A DNA stretch of 63,009 nucleotides, counting the filler, from Reticulomyxa filosa (taxonomy: Eukaryota; Protista; Foraminifera): the NCBI GenBank assembly GCA_000512085.1. It is 24 parts of 24 records of this genome, joined end to end, with 100 filler letters (N's around TTAATTAATTAA, not from the genome) between each part and the next. Parts side by side here need not be neighbours in the genome. Positions count along the whole stretch, not along the records: positions 1 to 6,000 come from ASPP01018702.1; positions 6,101 to 9,185 come from ASPP01010127.1; positions 9,286 to 10,596 come from ASPP01005792.1; positions 10,697 to 13,036 come from ASPP01006055.1; 20 more parts are not named here. One strand, given 5' to 3'. The notes under the pieces were generated by a model. That model made no database searches. It was not told the origin of the DNA and worked only from the letters and a program-made list of their open reading frames with translations. Every line of letters starts with the position of its first letter. The first letter of the stretch is position 1. Shown here one piece after another: positions 1 through 11,446 of the stretch. A program made the position numbers and the translations under genes.

Positions 1-634
1 AAGGCTTATTTTATCAAATTTTAAAGGGGTGCATCTTGGTGTTTAAAGAAATTATTTATCATAATAAAATCGGATTATATTTGAAAAAAGAAATTATTTT
101 TGAATTTAAAAGACAAAACAAAAAAAGCCAACGAGAACAGTCAAATAAAAAATAGTTTTTCTACATCAAGAGTTTAGTTTTTGAATGACCTCGTGCGCGT
201 TAAATGTATGGGGGGACAGGAACCAAGAGAGAGAAGGAGAAAGGAAAAAAATGGAAAATGAAAACAAGTAAAAAACACAGAAAGCACAACAACACATGTC
301 ATACAACAACTAATCAAGAAATTGGATGTCGAGAACGAATTTCGCGTCACCTTGTGTGGATTACTACAAAACCACGAATCACCTCAAAGTGACAACTCAC
401 ACCCACGAAAAAAAAGACAACTTAACAAAAAAAAATTAAAAAACAAGGGATGATTCGAATAGATCCAAACGCATGATGAAAATATAGTATATGGATATAT
501 AACAACGAGAAATAAAATCGTTTTGTGGTTATAAAAATGATTCGAATAAGAGCTAAAAAACACTTACTTGTATTCCTTCTCTCTTTCATCTCTCAGGAAA
601 ATCACACAGCAAACAACAAGAATACAGAATATAA

Positions 635-1932
635 TTACACAAATCCGGCTTGTGAAAGCTCTTGTCTGACAACAATATTGCGCATGGAATCAAACATGGC
701 CTTGACATTTTTGGGGTCTGTAGCGCAAGTGATATGTCCGTAGATTAGTTTGCTGGGATCATTTCGAAGTGAAGCAAAGCTTTGTTGGATAAATTGGATG
801 GCATCCTCGTAGTGGTAATCTCTGCCTTTAAAATCTTCCAGATAGTCGGATAATTTAAATTTTTTGATTTTTTCGGTGAATAAATCTATTAAAATAGAAT
901 AACAATAGAATCATAGAAGAGACACAACATATAAATAAACATATATACATATATATAAATATATACATATACATATATGTAATTATATAGGTGAAATACC
1001 ATTTTTATTTAAAAATAAAATAGCATGCGAATTTTTAAATTCGTCCATATTAATGATTTGTTGGAATAAAGCGAGCGCTTCTTTCATGTTGTTTTGCCTG
1101 TTGTCTTCCCATAAGGTTTGATTGAATCCAGACAATGCAGCAACAAAAATGATAGCATCACAATTATCAAATAGGGCAACCCATTTCTTTCGTTCACTTC
1201 TTTGCCCACCAACGTCATACACTTGAAATATTTCAGTGACTTTGTTGTTCTTTCCTTTCAATCGAAATATCACATCATGGATACCAGTACTTCGTTTTCG
1301 AGAATGCAGCAAGTCTTCAAATGTTGGGATATAACCTATTTCCGAAATACGTTTCATATTCGCAAAGAGATACTCTGCTGTGTCAATTATTTGAAAACGA
1401 TGGCGAAATTCCAACGTCCTTTGTATACCTTTGTCATTCCATAATTGTTGGAACATTTCATATTCTTCAGATCCAAATGGATCACGATCGTTTATCTTTG
1501 CTATCTTCCGTCTCAGTTCTTCATTCTCCTTAGATACGCGGGTATCTTGGCCTTCATCTGCCAATATTTCACTATAGATTGCCAATGCCCTCATTGATTC
1601 TATTATATTCTATTTTTATGTATATAGAATACATATCATTTGATGCTTTTTCCTATCCTCGTTTTTTTTTTTTTAATTTTTCCCCTTTTCTGTCGGGCAA
1701 GTTATTGATTAACTTTGCGAATATGCGGAAGGGCATCCATCAATTCTTCTTGTGAAAATGGTTGTCCATGAATCTGTCTCATATGTCTTAGCATTGTACT
1801 TTTGCCTGATTCACCCGCACCCAGCAGCAATAGTTTATACCGAGACTCACGCACTTGGTCAAGTTGCTTCAATTCGTCTTCTATTTTACCATTTGCATCC
1901 GAATTCTCGGGTGTTGAATTCATGCAGCCCAT
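635..1932 (-). CDS. Heterotrimeric G protein alpha subunit, complete, 3 exons (1932-1714, 1609-1000, 885-635)
   Basis: N-terminal MGC myristoylation/palmitoylation motif; [10 protein letters not shown]-loop; RKRSTG switch I; [12 protein letters not shown]; NKND formed across intron 2; TCATD. GT-AG introns at 1713-1610 and 999-886 join the frames cleanly; stop TAA at 637-635. Confidence 0.96.
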
Positions 1933-2233
1933 GGCTTCTTTTCTTTTGTTTTGGAAAAAATACTTGAAAATTCGATAAGATTTTTTGAATTTTGTTTGTG
2001 GGCTCTTTTACCCGGAAAGAACATTATTTTTGGTCAAGTAACCAAAATTTTTGAAAGTTTTATGTGTAAGCAAATAAAGAATGATCCCTTAAATTAAAAA
2101 AAGCAATCTGGATCCGGTTGCAATAGAGACGGATAAGCAATGTTTGAAACCTGAAAACTAAACTTAAGTTCCAAGGGCCGACTTCATTAGGGAAACAATC
2201 AATAATAACAAAAAATACCTACATTATATAGAG

Positions 2234-2824
2234 ATGTTCTCATTTGATTTTGTTTCAAAGCTGCACTTGTGGTGTTGTGTTTTCATTTTTGGTTTTTTTT
2301 CAGAAGTAATATGTTCGACAGCTGAATGTAACTTTGTGAGCTACTATCCAAACGCTACTGACACTTTGCTGCCAACGGATGTTTGTTTGATACAACGTTT
2401 CAACAATATTTTTACTTCAAGAATGTACAAATGCATAAGCTCTGAAGAGGTGAACTTATTGCAATGGAATGGTGCAGAGAATTGTACAGGTGATCGATAT
2501 ATCATCGGAGAAAAATACAAATCAAAAGATGGTTGGATTATCCAATGCAATGGAACAGACTGTAGCGCCACATTTCGACAATATTTTTCATGTGACACTC
2601 AAAACTCAGATTTCCAGGATTCTGGTGTTGTCATGAGCACTTGTATGGCCGATGAAAAAAGTAATAGCTCATCAATTTGGGCAACATGTGACACGAATTC
2701 AATTGTTGAGAAAGTGTATGATAGCGATGAATGTGCCGGAAAAGTGGTGAATTCCGGAACAGTTTTGAATGGCTGTAATTCAGGAGAACTTACTCAAATT
2801 TTGTCATGCCATATGCCAGTCTAA
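2234..2824 (+). CDS. Cysteine-rich, probably secreted protein of unknown function
   Basis: Intact 196-aa ORF with a hydrophobic N-terminus (signal-peptide-like) and many regularly spaced Cys residues. Confidence 0.7.
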   Translation: MFSFDFVSKLHLWCCVFIFGFFSEVICSTAECNFVSYYPNATDTLLPTDVCLIQRFNNIFTSRMYKCISSEEVNLLQWNGAENCTGDRYIIGEKYKSKDGWIIQCNGTDCSATFRQYFSCDTQNSDFQDSGVVMSTCMADEKSNSSSIWATCDTNSIVEKVYDSDECAGKVVNSGTVLNGCNSGELTQILSCHMPV

Positions 2825-3144
2825 AACTTTTTTTTTTTTTTTGTAATTTTTTTAAGCAAGTTTGCGCAAAGAAATTTTTATTAAATATTGGTATCATTGA
2901 GTTCTCAGAAAGAAGCCTGTCTCTTTCTTGTTTACGTTCACAATAGATTACTTTTATTTTCAGAAAAACATTACTTGGTCTTTTTACACTCAAAAAAAAT
3001 GCAGCAATTTTTGTCTGTTTGTTTCATTTTTTTTATACATTTACTTACACCTTTCAAAAATCAAACCAAACAAGTAAATTAATTTCTACTAAAAGCTGGA
3101 GGTTCATATTCAAAAATTTTGTAATTGATCATCCTTCCCTGGAG

Positions 3145-3720
3145 ATGTCAAAGTCCACAATTGCAAGTTATAGTAACGGTTGGGAGAAATATATCGAGAA
3201 ATGCGTTGCGCTTGGATTTACTAAAGTCACCATAATTTCTCGAACGGATTTTTCCCCAATTGCATACACAAGTGCGCAGGACGTAGCCACGGCATGGAAA
3301 GATCCTGACACAATAGCAAGCAGTAATGACTCTTCGTCAAAGAAAGACGGGACAAAAGATCCAGCAATGATCAACGAGAATCAAGAATTGTTAGACTTTG
3401 GAAAGGTTCGAGCAAGCGACGGAACAATCACGCACAAAAATACAATATGCTTTTACGGCAAAAAATTCAAAATATTACAAATATTAGAAGACGGGAATGC
3501 CCTTTTGTGTCTGAAAGGCAAAGAAATTTTATGTTTATATCAGTTTAGAACCATTTGGTTTATTGTTTATTGTGAAATTCAAAGCAGAAAATCGACAACT
3601 TCCAACGTGTCTGGCTCAAATGAAAGCACCTCTTCCAACGGAAAGTTTGCAGGGCTGTCGGATGCGTTTGATCAAGTTATGAAAAGTTGTTGGCAGCTAT
3701 TGAAGGATGCCAATATTTAA
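3145..3720 (+). CDS. Divergent profilin-like protein
   Basis: GWEKYIEK resembles profilin helix 1 (SWQxYVD); TKVTIIS; ICFYGKKFKILQ...LLCLKGKEILCLYQFRTIWFIVY matches the profilin strand pattern (GxKY..kkGk.G....T...i.i..Y). Carries S/D/K-rich inserts. ATG at 3145 is preferred over the 3019 start. Confidence 0.7.
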   Translation: MSKSTIASYSNGWEKYIEKCVALGFTKVTIISRTDFSPIAYTSAQDVATAWKDPDTIASSNDSSSKKDGTKDPAMINENQELLDFGKVRASDGTITHKNTICFYGKKFKILQILEDGNALLCLKGKEILCLYQFRTIWFIVYCEIQSRKSTTSNVSGSNESTSSNGKFAGLSDAFDQVMKSCWQLLKDANI

Positions 3721-5931
3721 AAGTCTTAAAAACGCGTGTGTCAATATGTATTTTGTTGAGCATCGATTATTGATCGAAAACGACCATTTTCGTGGTCCTG
3801 TCACTTATGTTGGCACGGGCTTTGTAAGAAGGGGGATTTTTTTTTAAATATGAAGAACTTACCTCCCTAAAAGAAATCCCTTTTGGTGGTGTTTTAGTAA
3901 AATGGTTTTGTTGTTTTCGATGGGTGGACAATTCTTCTGCTTTTTTTTTTTTTTTTTTTTTTCTCTCGGTATTGATCTTCAATGGTATTGACACACTTCC
4001 TAATGTGTAGCACTTTTTTCTCACGTATACTAGTGTAATATGCAACGATTGTCATCAATGAAACAATCTCTGCACTGTTCAAACGGTCGAAGATTTCAAT
4101 TTGCTATGTATAACACGGCTTGATTCAGTTTAAAAATCAGTCCTTTTTTTATTAAGCCATAAGAGTTAAATAACAATGGTGTTATTGATATAATCACTTG
4201 CTTACTTAATTTTTTATTTTGAATTATTTTTTTAAATATTAACTGATATTTAAAAGTAGGTATCAAAATAAGTTTTTTTTGCGAGGATCACACGACAAAA
4301 AAAAATTTTCGTTTTATTTTTTTTTCATAAATAAGAGGAGATAAATTTGTTAATGTTTGATAATCCTACAAAGTTAATACATTTTTTTTTGTGTAAAAGA
4401 AAACGTATTTGGAATGAAGATGCTGGGTGTTATAAACTGATTAACACATCAGACGAGATATTCCTAAAATAAAGGTCAATACCAGAAAGAAAATGTTTTT
4501 TTTGGTCATTTTTTTCATCATTTTGTACATACACCAAATATTTTAAAATAGTTAACTGTATTTTTTTATTAAAAAAATGATGTTTTTAATCTTTTGCAAG
4601 ACGTCAGCTAGAAAAGAGTTCGCACTAAATGTAATACGAAAGTGCTTTTTTGCTCAAAGAGCCTGATTGTCAACAAACAAGTAAATTAAAACAAATTAAA
4701 GAAAAATGACACGAAAAAGAGGAAAAACAAAACAAGGCAAAGTGAAGAAGGTTGTAAAGGAAGTTTAACACACTGGGGGTTCCTCGGGTCCTCCCGAGTT
4801 CAAACCTTTAGAATAGGGACTTGTACTACACGTTTTTTTTTTGTTTATTGTGCTTGAAACAGTTTTATGTTTAATGCCTGATTTAAACATAAAACTTTTG
4901 AAAAATGTTTCAAGAAAAGTCTTAGTATGCGCCGTTGCGAGTGCAAAAAAGTTTAGTCGTTTGTTTGAAATAATGGAAATCAGGAAGAGAATGATTGGAT
5001 GAAAAAGAAAGCTAGATGTTAAGTGATAACACTAGTTGAAACCTCATCCAAAAAAAAAAGGCTGTCTTAGAAGGAATATGTGCGATTTGCCCAATCGCTG
5101 TAATAGAATGCATTGTCCTTCACCTGTCGGCCTAACACTTTTCTTTTTTATTTAAAATAAAAAAACAAAAAAGGCATAAATATATTGTACAGGTAAAGTA
5201 TCCTTAAAGAAATTGCTGTCAATAAAATTTTTATTATGCCTTTTTTATGTTGTTTTTGTTAGTTTGGTTGGTTTTTGTTAAAAATTTTTCAGATTTCAAC
5301 ATTTAAAAAGTGTTGCTTGGCAACATTACAATTTCATCGTAGTAGCAAAAAATTCATTAATTTATTTCAATTTTCTTTTACTAAATGAACCGGAATGTCT
5401 TGTTTGTTTTTGAAGCAAAACAAGAAAGTCGAACATAGCTTACAAGTCTGTCAAATTCATGAATATTTGTCAAGTCAAATAAAATACTAGTTAATTAAAT
5501 ATGCTTTGAATAATAACGGATAAATTTGTTGCATTTTGAGTATATGATATAAATAACATTCTCTTTGATTATTACTTCAACAGATGTTTACATATTTAGT
5601 AAAGTTGAGTGGAGTTGACAAAGAAGCCAAACTCTCAAACTCTGTTTCACTACTTGTGACAGTCTGCACGTTTGTTATCAGTACATTGTGAATGCAGACG
5701 ATTCCTCATGTACCGGCAATTCCATCAATGTGTACGAAGCCACCGGTTATACCGCAGTCTTGGCAGTGTGTTTGTTATCAAATTATTATTCGCTGTCGAC
5801 ATGTTGCCAGCAAGTAGTCCACACGCAAATTATTGAACACCACGGATTGCGCCGGCCTCGGTTCTTTGTCCCGTAATCTTGGCTCGGTTTGTGCGTTGAA
5901 AGACAGTTGTAATAGCTCTTGCTCGGAGATA

Positions 5932-6000
5932 TACAGTAGATTGCAAAAAAAACTGCCATACCTAAATGGCACTATATAAAGAGAATCGATTTTCTCCATG
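5932..6000 (+). mobile_element. DNA transposon/MITE terminus (TA + CAGTAG..., Tc1/mariner/pogo-type), copy 1
   Basis: TA|CAGTAGATTGCAAAAAAAACTGCCATACCTAAATGGCACTATA, near-identical to 48429 and 55227 but with unrelated upstream flanks; runs into the contig end. Confidence 0.75.
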
Positions 6001-6100
6001 NNNNNNNNNNNNNNNNNNNNNNNNNNNNNNNNNNNNNNNNNNNNTTAATTAATTAANNNNNNNNNNNNNNNNNNNNNNNNNNNNNNNNNNNNNNNNNNNN
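6001..6100. other. Artificial contig spacer (first of 23 in the window)
   Basis: N-run + TTAATTAATTAA + N-run, repeated identically at about 9186, 10597, 13037, 14790, 18094, 22057, 23672, 27375, 29913, 31858, 34241, 36725, 41737, 42926, 45595, 48654, 51067, 55279, 56598, 58994, 60536 and 61910. Confidence 0.99.
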
Positions 6101-7264
6101 ACAGTGGGGTAGGCAATTCCATTGGGGAATCGTAGCGTTTTGCTGACATGACAAGACTGTCCATTGTTGTAGCAAATTTGAACTGTATTAGTGAACGTTT
6201 CATGTGGAGATCGATTCAGGTGTCCCAAAAATTGTCGTCCACCCACGACGACAACAGTACCAGTCTTTGGGAACAGTTCACATCCACTGCCATAGACAGA
6301 CCTTGCCAGATATCCGTACGGGCAAAACGGGTCAGGTTGCACAACTTTCTGACTATGAGTTTTCAGTGAGGCGAACGTATGCACATCCCGACTATACTTT
6401 TCACTTTGGGTATTCATGCACGCTACAGTGTCGTAATCTCGTACTCCAGAATTACCCCCAATTTGAATTGCTCGGTGATTATCCACGTCATTAACAATGC
6501 AGCTGTCAAACAGCGGCGGACATTGACTAGCTTTCCACAAATCATTGCAAACCAATTTCGTCAGGTTTTTTTTCAAAGACTTATCATTCGATGCAAACCA
6601 CTCTTCCATGTGCTCACAGCAATAACACATTGGATGATTTTGTACGCCATCATTTGCTGATAGCACACATAGTTTCGACATGTGTTTTGAATTCGCTTCG
6701 TCATCTTTCATTACGTATGCTGTCATGTGTTGGGAAACGCAATACAGTCCATTTATCGCCATACTATTTCCAGCATAAACCCCTTTTTGATGAATATCTA
6801 TTTCATCTTTATTTATTCATTTATTTATTATTATTGTTATCATTATTATTTTTTTTTTTTTTGTGATTACAAAACAAACAAAAAATGTGCCATTGGTGTA
6901 ATTTTTTTTTTTTTGGAAAACGAAACCCCGAAAAATAAACATTGAAACTTCGTACAGTACGGGCCCTCTCTGGTAAAGTGGAATTAAAATGCAATATACG
7001 AGCGGATACACTTACGTCCGTCTGCGTCTTTGTCTCTTTCCCTCCAAAAATCCACGCGTGATTGTCGAAGTTAACAACACAAGTAGCAGCGGACCCTCGG
7101 TCTATGGTTGTTGCTTTCCAATTCAAGGCTGGCAACGCAGGTATTGATGAAAAGTCTAGTCCAATCACAAATGTGCAGACATTCCACCACCAACAAAAAA
7201 TGAACAATCTAAGGTGAGTGATGATCATCATGATGGGATTTTTTTTAGCAAGGGGAGGGACCAA
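6101..7264 (-). CDS. Secreted kelch/galactose-oxidase-repeat-like protein, 3'-partial, intron-containing
   Basis: Signal-like N-terminus; kelch-type GG motifs (HAWIFGGK, AIQIGGN, VVVVGGR); AT-rich intron around 6798-6930; truncated at the contig edge. Confidence 0.6.
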
Positions 7265-7531
7265 ACAAGTCTTCTACGAGCGTTACTTTTGGCCAGGGAG
7301 AATTTATCGTGTGACCCCCAAGACATGCCCTCCACAAAGTAGTATTTGGGTTTCAAAACGACCAAAATGAAATTTTACCCTGACATCAGTCATTATTTTA
7401 AATATCAATTTATTATATACACAGTACATATTTTGTGAGCAATCCCTCCCTTATAATAGTGTAACATCCCTCTTTCAAACGACTAAAAGTAAAAAAAATA
7501 GTCAAGAAAATTCAAGCGAAATCAAGACCTC

Positions 7532-9091
7532 TCATGGTGCAAATGCACAGCTGATGTCTTGGGCGTTGACAAGTTGACGATATGTTTTGGCACATTCAAA
7601 GCGGAACCGTTGTAAAAGATTTTTGTCCACAGCTTGACCCAAATTATTGCAGTTGTCCAAAGGATCTTCAATTGCAAGCTGAGATTTATCAGTTGTGTGA
7701 TGTGATGGAATTATAAAAAGACAGGACAAATACATAAGAATATCGGACACAAACATACCCATGGCCGGTTTTTAGTGAAGCACGAAGTCCATTGTTTTCC
7801 ATTCTTTTCGAGCGTGGAACCCATGCGAACACTGACACGGTGACGATTGTAATCAAATTCAAAGGCAAAGTAGTAAAAAAAACCAAGCAACAAATGTCGA
7901 AACAAGTCTTGTTGTTGGAGCAAAAACATTTCATTTCTGTGTTCCTTTGCTTTGGGTCACTTGCTTCGCAATGCAGTTCATCTGCTCTGACAACCGTGCA
8001 AGTGAAGTAATGGCCGGTAGCTGCTGTTCTTGTTGCAAATAATTCATAACAAGTAGTATAAATGCATAGGAAGAAAGGCCTTTGATCGTGTATAATTCAA
8101 TAAGTTTTTTACACTTTGCCCAATGTTTTATCACTTTGCAAATATTTTGGAAGCAAACATTGGCCGCAGTATACGTAGCAATTAATCTAGACGCTTCCAC
8201 TTCTTTGCAAGCATTGATTCCAATATCACACTTTGCACTGGTTCTGGTGTCAACAAATCTCAATATTGGCTGTTGGTTGGTTGGTTGTACGATAGGCATA
8301 ACGTATCTTATCAAAGACATTTCTTTTTTTCCATCAAATCCGCCATCAGTTTCAAAGCATCGCCCGCTTTTACGCGCAAGCTTTGTGAAACAAAGCAGAA
8401 GTTGAAATTGGAATGATTCAAAAACAGTCCTTGTTCGGACGACCCATACATTACAATTTGCCCTTCTTTCAACTGCTCATCTCCTTTCATTACATCCAAC
8501 AAGCTATGCCACACCCGATTGCCAATGCTGTTTATTTCACTTGCCTCTGGAGCCATCGTCGACCACAATTGCACCATGCTTTTCCTCCACCGTGTCATGT
8601 TGACCTTTGGCAGTTTTGCAATCAACGTCACTGCAGTGCTGTCTTCGCCATTCGTTGGGCTACGTCCGTTCTCAATGAACGCAATCTTTACTTTGCTTGG
8701 CGACATTGGCCTTTTGCCAGTATTTTCATTGCTTTGCTTTGTGCAATTGCACATTTCTGTCAACTTTGTCTGCTTCGCCCCATTTTGCATTGGCGTTAGT
8801 GGAAGTCGTTGTGAACCGTTACTTACCAAAAAAAAAAAAAAAAATACGTATACAATTGTAATGTAAATTCTTGAGTTAATGTCCGAAGGGAAAGAAAGAA
8901 CAGAAATGCAAAGTTTTATAGTTTGTCGAAAAAGTACGAAAGAAATGTGAGAAAAGGTGTATGAAAAAGAAAAAAAAAAAAAACGTATATATAATATATA
9001 TGTTCAACAACTTTGGATACACCATGAATCCATTTGCTTGCTTCTTCATTGTATGCAAGTCCATCGCAGTGGTGCCCATTTTTGAAGCCAA
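7532..9091 (-). CDS. Cid1/GLD-2/TUTase-family non-canonical poly(A)/poly(U) polymerase-like protein (frameshifted in this assembly; catalytic DxD altered)
   Basis: MYGSS...SNFNFC (GS..DxD position), PILRFVD..CDIGIN, VIKHWAK, GLSSYAFILLVMNYLQ, LLLGFFYYFAFEFDY..VSVR, LAIEDPLD..NLG: the NTase plus PAP-associated domain order. Frame break in the A-run at about 8320-8330; further introns or breaks near 7935 and 7700. Confidence 0.85.
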
Positions 9092-9285
9092 TGTGATCGG
9101 CCTTGTTACCTCTTTGTCACCTGCACTAAATGTAATACAAAAGAGCTTTTTTTTTTTTGCTGAAAAAACCTGATTTTCAACAAACNNNNNNNNNNNNNNN
9201 NNNNNNNNNNNNNNNNNNNNNNNNNNNNNTTAATTAATTAANNNNNNNNNNNNNNNNNNNNNNNNNNNNNNNNNNNNNNNNNNNN

Positions 9286-10577
9286 TCATCTTCGTATTCT
9301 TCGTCTTCATAATCTTCTTCTTCTTCTTCTTCAAGTTCTTCCTCTAACTCCTCTAACTCCTCTAACTCCTCTTCTTCTTCCTCTTCTTCCTCTTCCTCCT
9401 CTTCTTCTTCTTCCTCCAATTCTTCCTCCTCTTCTTCTGGAATCTTTTGTTGTTTTATTTTGTGTCGACGCTTCCGGGGCGCGACAGTGGGTTTGGCGGC
9501 GTGCGTGACCCCCATGAGTTTTTGTTTCCACGCGCCCAGATTGAAGGTCAGGGAGAAGTTTGCGCCGCGATTGTTGCGGTACATGGCCCAGGGGAACTCC
9601 TTGCTTTTGTCTTTGGCGGAAGGTGACAAGGAGGACGCGGCGGAGGGTTTGTGCGCAGCGCTGGGCTTCTTTGCGACTTTGATAATGTAACTGTCAGTGG
9701 ACTTGCTCGCACCTCGTCGGGTGTTCTTCAGTTCCTTTTCGATAATCTTTTCATCATCACTTTCGATTTCTTTTTTTTCTTCTTCTTCTTGTTCTTCTTC
9801 CTCTTCCTCTTCCTCTTCTTCTTCTTCTTCTTCATCTTCTTCTGCCTGACCATCTTCCTCGTCTTCTTCATCGCCCTCATCGCCTTTGTCTTCCTCGTCC
9901 GCCACAACCATGGGGACCTGCGGAACAAAGTCCAAGCTGAACACGGATTTCGGCGTGTTGCCCCAAAGTGACCACAAGTGTTTTTCATGATCACTTGAGT
10001 CGTCATTGTCATGGTCACGATCATTGACATTGTTATTATTATTATTATTATTGTTATTGCTGTTATTGTTGTTGGGAGACGGAAGTATGATCTCTTTGAA
10101 CTTGATTTTGGGACGCGAAGTGGAGTGGACAGACGAGTGTGGGGTGACCTTGTTTTCGATGGGAATGGCGACCATTTTGCAGTGGGTTGGACTGTAACTA
10201 GGGACAATTAGTGTGACCCACAGGACGCATGACCACAACGGCAGAATGGACCAAACCAACCATTGCTTCATATCGTCCGGATGTGTGTGAATGCGCGAGT
10301 GCCAATCGATTGCCACAATGCCATAGCCCAACACACTGCCAAGGCATTGGAACCACCAGTAGCACTGGCAGCCATACTCTGCGTTTTCTTCCGATTCCGC
10401 CAAATCGTTTACCAAAGCACGCGATGGAATCATCAATTGCTCACTGCTCATGTCCATCAGCACAAACCCCAGTATCGACACTATTATCATTCCGGGCACC
10501 GTTATCCCATTTGCGTACCCCTCACTCTCGGGCACAAACCATTTTCCGATGTCCACGCAAAACAACGTCATTATCAA
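9286..10577 (-). CDS. SLC45/sucrose-H+ symporter-like MFS transporter, partial, with a very long acidic cytoplasmic loop
   Basis: ILGFVLMDMSSEQLMIPSRALVNDL matches the SUT/SLC45 motif (D....PxRALxxD); transmembrane segments followed by poly-N and poly-E tracts. Confidence 0.75.
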
Positions 10578-10708
10578 GCCTTTTTTTTTTTTTTTTNNNN
10601 NNNNNNNNNNNNNNNNNNNNNNNNNNNNNNNNNNNNNNNNTTAATTAATTAANNNNNNNNNNNNNNNNNNNNNNNNNNNNNNNNNNNNNNNNNNNNATAA
10701 TAAAATAA

Positions 10709-10749
<41 letters not shown>

Positions 10750-10816
10750 CGAAGACAAAGAAAAAGAGGAGGAGAAAAAAGAAAGGATAGAAAAAAGAAA
10801 TGGCAATGAAGACGAG

Positions 10817-11446
10817 TTGGAACACAATTTCTATGAGGAAAAGCAACAGCGACAATACCAGAATCAACATCAACATCAACATCAAAACCAACACAAACCG
10901 CAACTCTACGAACACGAAAAAGAAAAAACACACTTTTATAGCGGGATGCACGATGGCAAAGGCAAGGACAAGGACGGGACGTCCAAACGTCTGAACACGA
11001 ACAAAGCTGAACACATGGAGCTGTTCAAGCAATTCAAACGACACTTTGACGAAACGCGTCATCGCCATTACGATATCATCGACAAATTGGACATGTTTGA
11101 CCAAGAGGAAATCGACTCGTACATCAAACACAAAAGCAACAACAGCAAGGCGATGAAGGAAGCCCCGCATGTAACCAATATCCAATCCAATACCATGCTC
11201 TACAAGCTGGCACAAAATGAAGAGATTCTCAGTTTCATGTTCCAAAAAATCCAAAGCAAACAATGCGATTTGAACAACATTCGAGACTGGAAATACGAAC
11301 TTACTCGCATTGACTTAGATATCATGGGGTTTCAAATCCGCTTGCAAAATGAACAGGCTTATCTCAACCAAAACTCTTTTCATCGTGCTGTTCCTGTTCG
11401 TTCCCGTCAAATTCCTACTGTTGTCAATAATCATTTCACTACCTAA
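10817..11446 (+). CDS. Hypothetical protein, probably 5'-partial (Q/H-rich N-terminal part, helical C-terminus)
   Basis: 209-codon ORF with coding-like composition; no recognised motif. Confidence 0.5.
   Translation: MEHNFYEEKQQRQYQNQHQHQHQNQHKPQLYEHEKEKTHFYSGMHDGKGKDKDGTSKRLNTNKAEHMELFKQFKRHFDETRHRHYDIIDKLDMFDQEEIDSYIKHKSNNSKAMKEAPHVTNIQSNTMLYKLAQNEEILSFMFQKIQSKQCDLNNIRDWKYELTRIDLDIMGFQIRLQNEQAYLNQNSFHRAVPVRSRQIPTVVNNHFTT

Noticed and set aside
4771-4810. tRNA-like or B-box element (CTCGGG-TCCT-CCCGAG hairpin followed by GTTCAAAC)
   Set aside because: No cloverleaf, acceptor stem or A box could be built.
8311-8335. Programmed ribosomal frameshift in the TUTase-like gene (similar breaks at about 24205 and 53285)
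   Set aside because: The breaks fall in or next to homopolymer runs or single-base losses; sequencing indels or pseudogenisation are simpler explanations.
9331-10652. Numerous overlapping antisense or alternative-frame ORFs (poly-F, poly-L, poly-I, poly-Y), here and at 17207-17768, 34361-34645 and 43659-44124
   Set aside because: Shadows of low-complexity coding repeats and microsatellites on the true coding strand.
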